From a virus (taxonomy: Duplodnaviria; Caudoviricetes), in the IMG/VR virus record IMGVR_UViG_3300021438_000035, positions 1 through 38,827 of that record: a stretch of 38,827 nucleotides of DNA; one strand, written 5' to 3'. The translations under genes were made by a program, and so were the position numbers. The stretch's first letter is position 1; each line of letters begins with the position of its first letter. Shown here in pieces: positions 1-7,594 of this stretch. The notes beneath the pieces are model-generated. The model saw only the letters and a program-made list of their open reading frames with translations, was not told where the DNA came from and did not search any database.

Positions 1-1782
1 GTGCTCGGCATCGACGAAGACAAAGCCAAAGACAAGCGCGGCAAGCAGCTCATTCAAATGTTTTGCAAGCCCGGCCCGAAGGGCTCAAAGATACGAAGGA
101 AGACGCGTGAAACACACCCCCTTGAGTGGGCCGAGTTCCTTGAATACTCGCGCCAAGACATCGTTGCTATGCGAGAAATTGACAAGCGACTTCCAAAATG
201 GAATTACCGAGATGGTCATGCAGAGTTGTCTCTATGGCACCTCGATCAGCGTATTAACGACCGAGGGTTCGCAGTTGACCTTGCGCTCGCTGAAGCCGCT
301 ACAGTGGCTGCCGAGCGAGAAAAAGCCCGACTGAAGGCCGAGGTCATCGAGGCCACCGACGGCGCCGTCACCAGCGTGTCAAAGCGCGACCAGCTCTTGA
401 AGCACATCGTCGAATACTACGGCGTCGAGTTGCCCGACATGAAGGCCGACACACTGCGCCGCCGCATCGAAGACCCAGAGCTGCCTGAAGCCGTCAAGCT
501 GCTGCTGTCTATTCGCCTCGAGGCCACCAAGACGTCGACCGCAAAATACACAGCGCTCTCGCGTGCGACCTCGGCCGATGGTCGCCTGCGCAACACGTTG
601 CAGTTCGCCGGTGCCGTACGCACTGCGCGCTGGGCCGGTCGCGTTTTCCAACCACAGAACATGCCTCGCCCTAACGTCGAGCACATGGCCAAGTGGGCGG
701 GCTGCTCGGTCAAAGACCTGAGCGACGAGCAGGTGCTCGACTACATCGAGCAAGGTGTTGACGCATTGAAGTCCGGCTGTGCCGACCTCGTGTTTGACGA
801 CGTGATGGCGCTTACCTCCAACCTCGTGCGCAGTTGCATCGTCGCGCCACCCGGCAAGAAGTTGGCCATCGCCGACTTGGCCAACATCGAGGGCCGCGCA
901 CTCGCATGGCTCGCCGGTGAGGAGTGGAAGCTGCAAGCCTTCCGCGAGTACGACGCAGGCACCGGCGCCGACCTCTACAAGCTGGCCTATGCCCGCTCGT
1001 TCAACGTGCGCCCTGAGACCGTCAAAGGTCAGCAGCGCCAAATCGGTAAGGTGATGGAGCTGGGCCTCGGCTATGAGGGTGGCGTCGCTGCCTTCTTGAC
1101 CTTCGCCGCTGTGTACCAGATGGACCTCGACGAGCTGGCCGACCAAGTCCACAGCACCGCTGACCGCAATAGCATTGCACGCGCCTACGGCATCTGGGAG
1201 TGGGCTCAACGCAAGAAGCGCACCCTAGGTCTCACCGCCAGCGTTTACACCGCCTGTGAGGTGCTTAAACACGCTTGGCGCGAGGCTCACCCGATGACCG
1301 TTGCGTTGTGGCGTGACGTGGGCGACACGGTGCGCTCTGCCATCCGCTCGCCGGGTGTGCGCTTCTCCGTGCGCTCGCTCGTCATTCAACGTGACGGTGC
1401 GTGGCTGCGCATCCGATTGCCCTCGGGCCGCGTGCTCTGCTACCTGCAACCGAAGATTGAAGACAACGACCAAATCACGTACATGGGTGTCAACCAGTAC
1501 ACACGCCAGTGGGGCCGCATCAAGACCTACGGCGGCAAGCTGGTGGAGAACATCGACCAAGCCTTCTCGCGCGACGTGCTCGGCTACAACATGCCCAACA
1601 TCGAGGTGCAGGGCTACGAGATTGTGTTGTCGGTTCACGACGAACTATTGACCGAGGTGCCCGACACGCTCGACTACAGCCACGAACACTTGGCCGAGTT
1701 GATGTCGACCGTGCCATCGTGGGCAGAGGGCCTGCCGCTCTCGGCCGCTGGCTTTGAAACAACCCGCTACAGGAAGGACTAA
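1..1782 (+). CDS. Family A DNA polymerase (phage type), 5'-truncated by the window edge
   Basis: Motif A (AIADLANIEGR), motif B (RQIGKVMELGLGY), motif C (LSVHDELL) and TARWAG; the ORF is open at base 1. Confidence 0.95.
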   Translation: MLGIDEDKAKDKRGKQLIQMFCKPGPKGSKIRRKTRETHPLEWAEFLEYSRQDIVAMREIDKRLPKWNYRDGHAELSLWHLDQRINDRGFAVDLALAEAATVAAEREKARLKAEVIEATDGAVTSVSKRDQLLKHIVEYYGVELPDMKADTLRRRIEDPELPEAVKLLLSIRLEATKTSTAKYTALSRATSADGRLRNTLQFAGAVRTARWAGRVFQPQNMPRPNVEHMAKWAGCSVKDLSDEQVLDYIEQGVDALKSGCADLVFDDVMALTSNLVRSCIVAPPGKKLAIADLANIEGRALAWLAGEEWKLQAFREYDAGTGADLYKLAYARSFNVRPETVKGQQRQIGKVMELGLGYEGGVAAFLTFAAVYQMDLDELADQVHSTADRNSIARAYGIWEWAQRKKRTLGLTASVYTACEVLKHAWREAHPMTVALWRDVGDTVRSAIRSPGVRFSVRSLVIQRDGAWLRIRLPSGRVLCYLQPKIEDNDQITYMGVNQYTRQWGRIKTYGGKLVENIDQAFSRDVLGYNMPNIEVQGYEIVLSVHDELLTEVPDTLDYSHEHLAELMSTVPSWAEGLPLSAAGFETTRYRKD

Positions 1783-1784
1783 TC

Positions 1785-1994
1785 ATGGGTGACATCGCTG
1801 ACTACATGGTCGAACAAATGATTAACCGCGAAGTGAGGTTCCATTCGGAGCCGCGCGACGTGACTTGCAAATTCTGCGGCAAGACCGGCCTGCGCTGGCA
1901 CGAAGGTCAGCAGTGGGCGCTCGTCACAAAGCGTGGCGCTATACACGACTGTCGTGGCGCTGCGGACCCTGACGAGTTCAGTGTTGTGGAATAG
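1785..1994 (+). CDS. Small putative Zn-binding hypothetical protein
   Basis: 69 aa, CKFC...HDC; AGGA RBS at the end of the polymerase gene. Confidence 0.7.
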   Translation: MGDIADYMVEQMINREVRFHSEPRDVTCKFCGKTGLRWHEGQQWALVTKRGAIHDCRGAADPDEFSVVE

Positions 1995-2025
1995 CAACGA
2001 ATGGAAAATATATTTCTATACAAGG

Positions 2026-2044
2026 CTTTAGCATGTGCTAAAGT
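2026..2044 (+). promoter_or_regulatory. Operator palindrome CTTTAGCA-TG-TGCTAAAG overlapping an extended -10 (TGcTAAAGT)
   Basis: The 16-mer is identical to 37942-37957; it lies in an AT-rich intergenic gap upstream of an operon. Confidence 0.75.
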
Positions 2045-2087
2045 CTAGCTGTGGTTGATATTGACCACGACGTAATAGGAAACAGAG

Positions 2088-2384
2088 ATGAAACCCAACG
2101 ACCTTGCACTCTCAGCCATCGTAGACAAACTCGCTTCAGTCAACGCCCAGCTCAAAGAGTTGAACGACGAAGCCAAGGCCCTCAAAGACTTGCTCATCAC
2201 GAGCGGCCTCGAGGTTGTCGAGAGCGCAGCCTACAAAGCCGTGGTGAAGTTCACCGAGCCAGCGCCCAGCGTTGACTACAAGAAAGTCGTCGAGCTGCTC
2301 GAGGTGGAAATCCCCAAGCGCGTGCTCAACAAAGCCACCAAGGTGCGCGCCCCCTACTACAGCGTCGCGCTGTACGACCTGTGA
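2088..2384 (+). CDS. Hypothetical coiled-coil protein
   Basis: 98 aa, AGGA RBS, phage-like codon usage. Confidence 0.75.
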   Translation: MKPNDLALSAIVDKLASVNAQLKELNDEAKALKDLLITSGLEVVESAAYKAVVKFTEPAPSVDYKKVVELLEVEIPKRVLNKATKVRAPYYSVALYDL

Positions 2385-2392
2385 GGTGCGCC

Positions 2393-2569
2393 ATGACTGA
2401 CTCGCTCACCTACATCTTCCCCCGCACACTGGAGCAGGCCTTCGGGCCTTACGCCCGGCTCACTGTTGAGGACGAGCCGGTGCAACTGTGTGAGGGCGAC
2501 GAGTTAATCGTAGCCACCTGCGCTGTGGCGCTCGTGGCCTTGGTCATCATCATCGTGGTGTGGGGGTGA
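2393..2569 (+). CDS. Small membrane-anchored hypothetical protein
   Basis: GAGG RBS; FPRTLEQAFGP motif; C-terminal hydrophobic helix. Confidence 0.65.
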   Translation: MTDSLTYIFPRTLEQAFGPYARLTVEDEPVQLCEGDELIVATCAVALVALVIIIVVWG

Positions 2570-2570
2570 T

Positions 2571-2840
2571 ATGCAGTCTATGATTTACCTTGGTGCCCTC
2601 GCCCATTTAAAGGGCAAGACTGCGCTCACCCGCACCGCCAAAGACGGTAGCCTGCTTGCGCAATTCGACGACAGGCAGGTAACCCGCTCAGGCGGTCCAA
2701 TACCCCAGTACCTTGACTACGAGCCCCATGCGCGTTTTCCAACGCTCCAAGACTTTGATACCCCACCTTCCGACGCCCTTGGTTTTGGGTGGCATCCCTT
2801 TACAGCGGCTGAGTTTGTTGAAGTTGGGGTGCAGCTATGA
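2571..2840 (+). CDS. Hypothetical protein
   Basis: 89 aa, tightly packed in the operon, ATGA overlap with the next gene. Confidence 0.65.
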   Translation: MQSMIYLGALAHLKGKTALTRTAKDGSLLAQFDDRQVTRSGGPIPQYLDYEPHARFPTLQDFDTPPSDALGFGWHPFTAAEFVEVGVQL

Positions 2841-3058
2841 CCGGCATCGGCACATTCCCCAAACGCAAACAGAACCACGAGCCGATGCTCACTGCTACTG
2901 AGATAGCAGACGAGCTGGGCATCCCTCGGCAGTCGATGCTCGCCTACGCGCAACACCGCAACGGCCCGAAGCGCGCGCTGGTCTCAAAAGGCAAATCGTA
3001 TTTCAAACCAAGCGAAGTGCGCCGCTGGTGGAAACAAATGCAGGAGCAAGAATCATGA
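2837..3058 (+). CDS. Excisionase/AlpA-like winged HTH DNA-binding protein
   Basis: LTATEIADELGIPRQSM...YFKPSEVRRWW pattern, typical of MerR/Xis-like HTH. Confidence 0.6.
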   Translation: MTGIGTFPKRKQNHEPMLTATEIADELGIPRQSMLAYAQHRNGPKRALVSKGKSYFKPSEVRRWWKQMQEQES

Positions 3059-3264
3059 AAGAACGCGACATTGACAGCTTTATTGCCGAAGAGAAGCAGT
3101 ACGGCTTCACCGTAAGCCGAGAGCAGGCCATTCGGTACATGGCACAACGCGAAGCCAACGTGCGTTACAGCCCACCGCCTCGCGCGCCGAACACCTATGA
3201 AGACGCATACGGCACTCTTCGCTGGACCGATAGTGGCGACCGGGTGCAAGGGGGACAGCGATGA
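3055..3264 (+). CDS. Hypothetical protein whose first 20 nt duplicate those of the VRR-NUC gene
   Basis: AGGAG RBS; ATGA overlaps at both ends. Confidence 0.65.
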   Translation: MKERDIDSFIAEEKQYGFTVSREQAIRYMAQREANVRYSPPPRAPNTYEDAYGTLRWTDSGDRVQGGQR

Positions 3265-3280
3265 AAGAACGCGACATTGA
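3055..3280 (+). repeat. Exact 20-bp direct repeat ATGAAAGAACGCGACATTGA (3055-3074 and 3261-3280)
   Basis: Read directly from the sequence. Confidence 0.9.
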
Positions 3281-3587
3281 AAACCACTTAGTCGACCGCG
3301 CAGTACAGCTCGGCGGTGAGGTGCGCAAGGTCAAGTGGATTGGCCGCCGTGGTGCGCCTGACCGCTTGGTTATGCTGCCCGCAGTGACACGCAGCAAAGA
3401 CTTTAACGCGCTAACCACACAGCCGCGCACCTTATGGGTCGAGCTGAAGGCACCCGGCAAGAAGGCCACATTCCCTGCCGACGCTCACGAGCGCCAGCAG
3501 GACCGAGAGCACAAGCGCATGCGTGCGATGGGCCAACGAGTAGAAGTGATTGACTCCATCATCGGGGTCGAGGAGTTATTAAAATGA
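3261..3587 (+). CDS. VRR-NUC domain nuclease (PD-(D/E)XK, putative Holliday junction resolvase)
   Basis: ERDIE...GAPDRLV...WVELKAPG...Q motifs; close to the SNF2-like helicase. Confidence 0.9.
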   Translation: MKERDIENHLVDRAVQLGGEVRKVKWIGRRGAPDRLVMLPAVTRSKDFNALTTQPRTLWVELKAPGKKATFPADAHERQQDREHKRMRAMGQRVEVIDSIIGVEELLK

Positions 3588-3976
3588 AACGAGACCTACG
3601 CGCAGAAATTCGCGTGCTGCTGTTGGCCGCGCCAGAGGGCCTGACCACCCGCGACTTGACGGTCGCAACGAAGGCCACCGACAAGAGCGTGCGCGCCTCA
3701 CTGCGCAGCATGCCCGACGCCTACATCGACCGCTGGGAGTTCCCACGGCAAGGCCCGCTCGCCGCTGTCTTCTGCGCCGTGCCGATACCAGAGGACTGCC
3801 CCCGCCCAGTTCGCAGCAAACGCACGGCCGAGGAGCGCAAGGCATACCACCGCGAGTACACATCCGGTTGGCACGCAGGTAAGGCCGCGCAGAAGGCGCT
3901 CGCTGAAGAGCAGCGCACAGCGGCCCAGAGCCCAGACAGCTTGACCGTTATCCGTGGACCTTGGCCCATGCCTTGA
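3584..3976 (+). CDS. Hypothetical protein, possible N-terminal winged HTH
   Basis: GAGGAG RBS; EGLTTRDL...SVRASLRSMPDAYIDRW. Confidence 0.7.
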   Translation: MKRDLRAEIRVLLLAAPEGLTTRDLTVATKATDKSVRASLRSMPDAYIDRWEFPRQGPLAAVFCAVPIPEDCPRPVRSKRTAEERKAYHREYTSGWHAGKAAQKALAEEQRTAAQSPDSLTVIRGPWPMP

Positions 3977-3985
3977 AAGCGAAAC

Positions 3986-4324
3986 ATGAGTAAAGAAGCA
4001 ATGAAGCTGGCGCTTGAGGCGTTGGAAACATATCATGGATACATGGAGCCATTGACTACTGTATTTGGCGGCCCAAGAGTACCAGCAGAACAAAGTACAA
4101 CGGGCAAGGTTGAGACAGCCATCACATCTCTACGCCAAGCCCTAGAAGAAGCACTAGCCAAGCAAGAGCAGGGTGAGCTGGTCGCCTACGTTTACCTTGA
4201 TTTTTGGGAGCAACTAAAACGGTCGGGCTGCGCGACGGCCTATGCCCTCAGCGGTAAGTCCGTCAACTACCCCGACGACGTTGAGCGACAACCTCTTTAC
4301 GGCGAGTCGCGGCCCAATGCGTAA
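3986..4324 (+). CDS. Hypothetical protein (AT-richer mosaic gene)
   Basis: 112 aa; MKLALEALE...LRQALE...QEQGELVA pattern seen in small phage accessory genes. Confidence 0.65.
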   Translation: MSKEAMKLALEALETYHGYMEPLTTVFGGPRVPAEQSTTGKVETAITSLRQALEEALAKQEQGELVAYVYLDFWEQLKRSGCATAYALSGKSVNYPDDVERQPLYGESRPNA

Positions 4325-5708
4325 GCCGTTCGTCCCCCGCCCCTACCAGACGCTGGCCACGCAGTTCATAGCAGAGCACAAGCGCTGCGCACTGTGGGCG
4401 GGCATGGGTATGGGCAAGACCATCACGTCGCTCAACGTGCTCGACATCCTGCACAACGTGCTCGGTGAAGACGAGCCGAGCCTCGTGCTGGCACCACTGC
4501 GCGTGGCCCGCGACACATGGCCAGAGGAGACACTGAAGTGGGACCACCTGCGCGACATCGAGGTGGTGCCCATCACCGGCACGCTCGAGGAGCGCCGCGC
4601 TGCACTGCGTCGCAAGGCGCCCATCTACTCGGTGAACTATGAGCAAGTGCCGTGGCTCGTCGAGACCCTCGGCGACAAGTGGCCCTTCAAGAACGTCATC
4701 GCCGACGAGAGCACCAAGCTCAAGTCGTTTCGCTTGCGTCAAGGTGGCGCTCGCGCACAGGCGTTGGCCAAGGTCGCGCACACCAAGGTCGACCGCTTTG
4801 TCGAACTCACCGGAACACCAGCCAGCAACGGCCTCAAAGACCTGTGGGGGCAGATGTGGTTCTTGGACCACGGCGTGCGCCTTGGTCGCACGTATAGCGC
4901 GTTTGAAGAGCGGTTCTTCAGGCCAGTGCGCAACGACGACGGCTACTTCGATTGGCTGCCTGCCGAGTTCACACAGCCGCTGATTCAAGGCCGCCTCAAA
5001 GACATCTGCCTGACCCTCGACCCGAAGGACTGGTTCGACCTCGAGGTGCCGGTCGTCACGATTCGCCACGTCAAGCTGCCACCCAAGGCGCAGGCCAAGT
5101 ACAAAGAGATGGAGCGCGAGTTCTTCACGCAGATTGACGGCCACGACATCGAGGCGTTCAACGCTGCGAGCAAGTCGCAGAAGTGTTTGCAACTGGCGAG
5201 CGGTGCCATCTACACGAGCCCCGACCCCAAGGACGATAGCTGGGCGCAGGTCCACGACGAGAAGCTGGCCGAGCTGGAGTCCATCGTGAACGAAGCCAAC
5301 GGCATGCCGGTGCTCGTGGCCTACCACTTTGTCAGCGACCGCGAGCGCATCCTCAAGGCTTTCCCCAAGGCCGTGGACTTGGCCACCAAAGACGGCATGC
5401 TGCGCTTCCGTGCAGGCAAGGCGCCCATCGGTATCGCCCACCCGCAGAGCCTTGGCCACGGCATCGACGGCTTGCAGAACGTGACCAACATCATCGCGTT
5501 CTTCTCGCACTGGTGGGCTCTAGAATTTCACGACCAGATGGTCGAGCGCATCGGGCCTGTGCGCCAGATGCAAGCCGGGAATGACCGCCCGGTGTTCATC
5601 TACTACATCGTGGCCAAGGGCACGGTGGACGAGCTGGTGATTGCACGCCACCAGACTAAACGAAGCGTGCAAGATATTTTGTTAGAAGCAATGAAAGGAA
5701 GAAAATGA
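4317..5708 (+). CDS. SNF2-like superfamily 2 helicase
   Basis: Q motif (PRPYQ), Walker A (GMGMGKT), Walker B (IADES), motif III (LTGTP), C-terminal ERIG. Confidence 0.93.
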   Translation: MRKPFVPRPYQTLATQFIAEHKRCALWAGMGMGKTITSLNVLDILHNVLGEDEPSLVLAPLRVARDTWPEETLKWDHLRDIEVVPITGTLEERRAALRRKAPIYSVNYEQVPWLVETLGDKWPFKNVIADESTKLKSFRLRQGGARAQALAKVAHTKVDRFVELTGTPASNGLKDLWGQMWFLDHGVRLGRTYSAFEERFFRPVRNDDGYFDWLPAEFTQPLIQGRLKDICLTLDPKDWFDLEVPVVTIRHVKLPPKAQAKYKEMEREFFTQIDGHDIEAFNAASKSQKCLQLASGAIYTSPDPKDDSWAQVHDEKLAELESIVNEANGMPVLVAYHFVSDRERILKAFPKAVDLATKDGMLRFRAGKAPIGIAHPQSLGHGIDGLQNVTNIIAFFSHWWALEFHDQMVERIGPVRQMQAGNDRPVFIYYIVAKGTVDELVIARHQTKRSVQDILLEAMKGRK

Positions 5709-6319
5709 TAGACGTATGCCAAATCTGTGGAGGTGAAAAACACCTTATTGGGTGCATCCACCACCCTGAGTTTTTAGGGTCTAAAGAAGAAACGCTTAAG
5801 GCCCACGGGTGGACACCGTGGCCCGGGGGCAAGCAGCCCGTGGCTGACGACTGGCTCGTGACCGTCGTGCTGCGTAATGGAAACGAAAACACGACGCTTG
5901 CTGGCCTGCTTCAGTGGAACCGCACAGGCGCGCCCTCAGACATCATCGGCTGGCGCACAGGGCGTGTGAGGGACATCGACCTCACCCCCGGCAAAGTCCA
6001 CTGGGTCGGTGAACCGCCGAAGCCGAGCGCCGAGAAAGAAAGCCCAGAGGACCACCCCCTCTACCCCATCTTCATGGCCGCCATCGAGCAAGCCATGTAC
6101 GGCAAGGGCGAGCGCCACGGCGGAGCCCGCACCCCGTTCCTCGAGCAGCCGTGGGTCCACTACCTGAAGATGCACGGTCGTGGCTTCGCCACCGGGCAGG
6201 CAGCCAAGAAGCTCGAGGAGGCAGCCAGCACCCGCAGCGGTGAAGGCTTCGAGACCGAGGTCTTCGGCGCCATCGTCTACGCGGGCATGGCCATCTTGAA
6301 AGAGCGCGGTCAGGTATGA
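5705..6319 (+). CDS. Two-domain hypothetical phage protein
   Basis: N-terminal WxGGxQPV...W...DIIGWR module; C-terminal helical QAxxGKGERH...GQAxKK...GAIVY module. Confidence 0.7.
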   Translation: MIDVCQICGGEKHLIGCIHHPEFLGSKEETLKAHGWTPWPGGKQPVADDWLVTVVLRNGNENTTLAGLLQWNRTGAPSDIIGWRTGRVRDIDLTPGKVHWVGEPPKPSAEKESPEDHPLYPIFMAAIEQAMYGKGERHGGARTPFLEQPWVHYLKMHGRGFATGQAAKKLEEAASTRSGEGFETEVFGAIVYAGMAILKERGQV

Positions 6320-6519
6320 CCGTCAACGAAAACGCAACGAAGGGCGTGGCCGTCGACCAGACCTACTACTGGCAGCCGATGGCGACGTGCCCGCGAGGCA
6401 TGAAGGTGCAGCTCCTCGGAGCTGGTGGTGTGGCCATGTACGGCGCGTATAACGGCCGCGACACCTTCTACACTGGGTGGGCACCCCTGCCCAACAAACC
6501 AGAATGGATGAAAAAATGA
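6316..6519 (+). CDS. Hypothetical protein
   Basis: WQPMATCPRG...WAPLP motif common in small phage proteins; ATGA overlaps. Confidence 0.7.
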   Translation: MTVNENATKGVAVDQTYYWQPMATCPRGMKVQLLGAGGVAMYGAYNGRDTFYTGWAPLPNKPEWMKK

Positions 6520-6689
6520 TGGATGACCCAATTACAAAAGCCGTCGCGGACTACATCGCGATGGAGGCCGACGCGGGAAAGTGGCGCGCACTTATGGCCG
6601 AGCTGCGCCAAGAGATTACGGCAGGCACGCCCATATCCCCCACCCTCTTCCACATCATCAAGACGAAAGCCGAGGCCCTCAATGGATGA
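6516..6689 (+). CDS. Hypothetical protein
   Basis: 57 aa, coupled by overlaps to both neighbours. Confidence 0.55.
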   Translation: MMDDPITKAVADYIAMEADAGKWRALMAELRQEITAGTPISPTLFHIIKTKAEALNG

Positions 6690-6861
6690 AGCCGACCGCG
6701 CTGGGCCAGAGGTCGAGCGATACATAGCCGAGGCGATTCGCCGGAACAGCCGCGAGCTGGCGCCGGGTAAGCCCGGCGAGTGCGACCTCTGCGGTCAGCA
6801 CTCCATGCGCTTAGTTGATGGGGCTTGCGCCCCCTGCCGGGACAAGCACAAGCTGCCTTGA
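6682..6861 (+). CDS. TraR/DksA-like C4 zinc-finger protein
   Basis: N-terminal DEADRA (DxxDxA) motif plus CDLC...CAPC. Confidence 0.75.
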   Translation: MDEADRAGPEVERYIAEAIRRNSRELAPGKPGECDLCGQHSMRLVDGACAPCRDKHKLP

Positions 6862-6905
6862 CCGGACCACTGGACTGTAGCAAACTGCTAATAGCCCAGC
6901 GTATT

Positions 6906-6956
6906 TAAAACTGACCCAGCGGCATCTTGCAAGAGGCATGTCCTTGGGTCATTTTA
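6906..6956. other. Imperfect long hairpin TAAAA-c-TGACCCA...TGGGTCA-TTTTA, possible terminator of the + strand operon
   Basis: Inverted repeat read from the sequence, followed by a T-run. Confidence 0.5.
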
Positions 6957-6963
6957 CATTTTG

Positions 6964-6991
6964 CTTAAGCAAAATATACATTATACGCAGT
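6964..6991 (-). other. dif-like XerC/XerD recombination site (putative attP): ACTGCGTATAA-TGTATA-TTTTGCTTAAG
   Basis: 21/28 identity to E. coli dif (GGTGCGCATAA-TGTATA-TTATGTTAAAT): XerC arm 8/11, central hexamer 6/6, XerD arm 7/11; intergenic and adjacent to the XafT-like gene. Confidence 0.75.
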
Positions 6992-7004
6992 GGGTTACAG
7001 CCTC

Positions 7005-7047
7005 TTGCTTTTACCAGTTGCTAAAGGTAGAGTAAGCAAATGCTAAA
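7005..7047 (+). promoter_or_regulatory. Sigma70-like promoter TTGCTT-N17-TAGAGT with two operator copies (7010-7025, 7032-7047)
   Basis: TTTACCA-GT-TGCTAAA and GTAAGCA-AA-TGCTAAA match the TTTAGCA-N2-TGCTAAA operator; the predicted +1 coincides with ATG 7040. Confidence 0.6.
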
Positions 7048-7594
7048 TGTCCGAGAGCGCAGGCGCCAAGCGCGCCGAGCCGAAACCACTGAGCTGATTG
7101 ACGAATACGGCCGCAACCGAACCGCACGACTTTTGGAGGTTCACGACTCCACCGTCAAGCGCTGGGCCGAGGGCACCACCGACGCGCCGATGGCCGTCAT
7201 CATCGCGCTGCGTGCTGCGGTCCACAACCAAGTGCCCGACATGCACAGCAAGGACTGGGTGGGCTGGCGCTTTGGTACCGAGGGCCACCTCTTTGCACCC
7301 GGCTCGAACCGTGGCTACACCCCCGGCGGCATCCTTGCTTTTCACTTCAAGGACCAGTTAATCAAGCACCTGCAGTTCAAACTTAAAGCGTTAGAGGAGA
7401 GCGCCCTCGGCCGCGCGGCGAGTGACCAAGCCGGGCAGCACACGGCCACCGCCGTTAACCCACTTGGCCAACTCACGCGTGGCCCCACCCCAGTCGCCCG
7501 CGTTGAGCTTGCGACGAAGGGTGGAGTGCTCGAGCCGGGTCAGGCCGAGGTTGTAGCTGAAATCGGTAATCGCGCACAGTCGCGCGCCGCGTAG
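7040..7594 (+). CDS. HTH + DUF3653-like protein, XafT-like Xer recombination activator
   Basis: N-terminal HTH (RNRTARLLEVHDSTVKRWAEG) followed by WVGWRF...LFAP...YTPGGI, the DUF3653-like signature; lies next to the dif-like site. Confidence 0.7.
   Translation: MLNVRERRRQARRAETTELIDEYGRNRTARLLEVHDSTVKRWAEGTTDAPMAVIIALRAAVHNQVPDMHSKDWVGWRFGTEGHLFAPGSNRGYTPGGILAFHFKDQLIKHLQFKLKALEESALGRAASDQAGQHTATAVNPLGQLTRGPTPVARVELATKGGVLEPGQAEVVAEIGNRAQSRAA

Noticed and set aside
379-5510. Long - strand ORFs opposite the polymerase and helicase (379-1209, 4263-5510)
   Set aside because: They are shadow ORFs of well-supported + strand genes
6878-6890. TAGCA-AAC-TGCTA as another operator copy
   Set aside because: The spacer is 3 bp rather than 2 and the outer TT/AA bases are mostly missing; possible but unsupported
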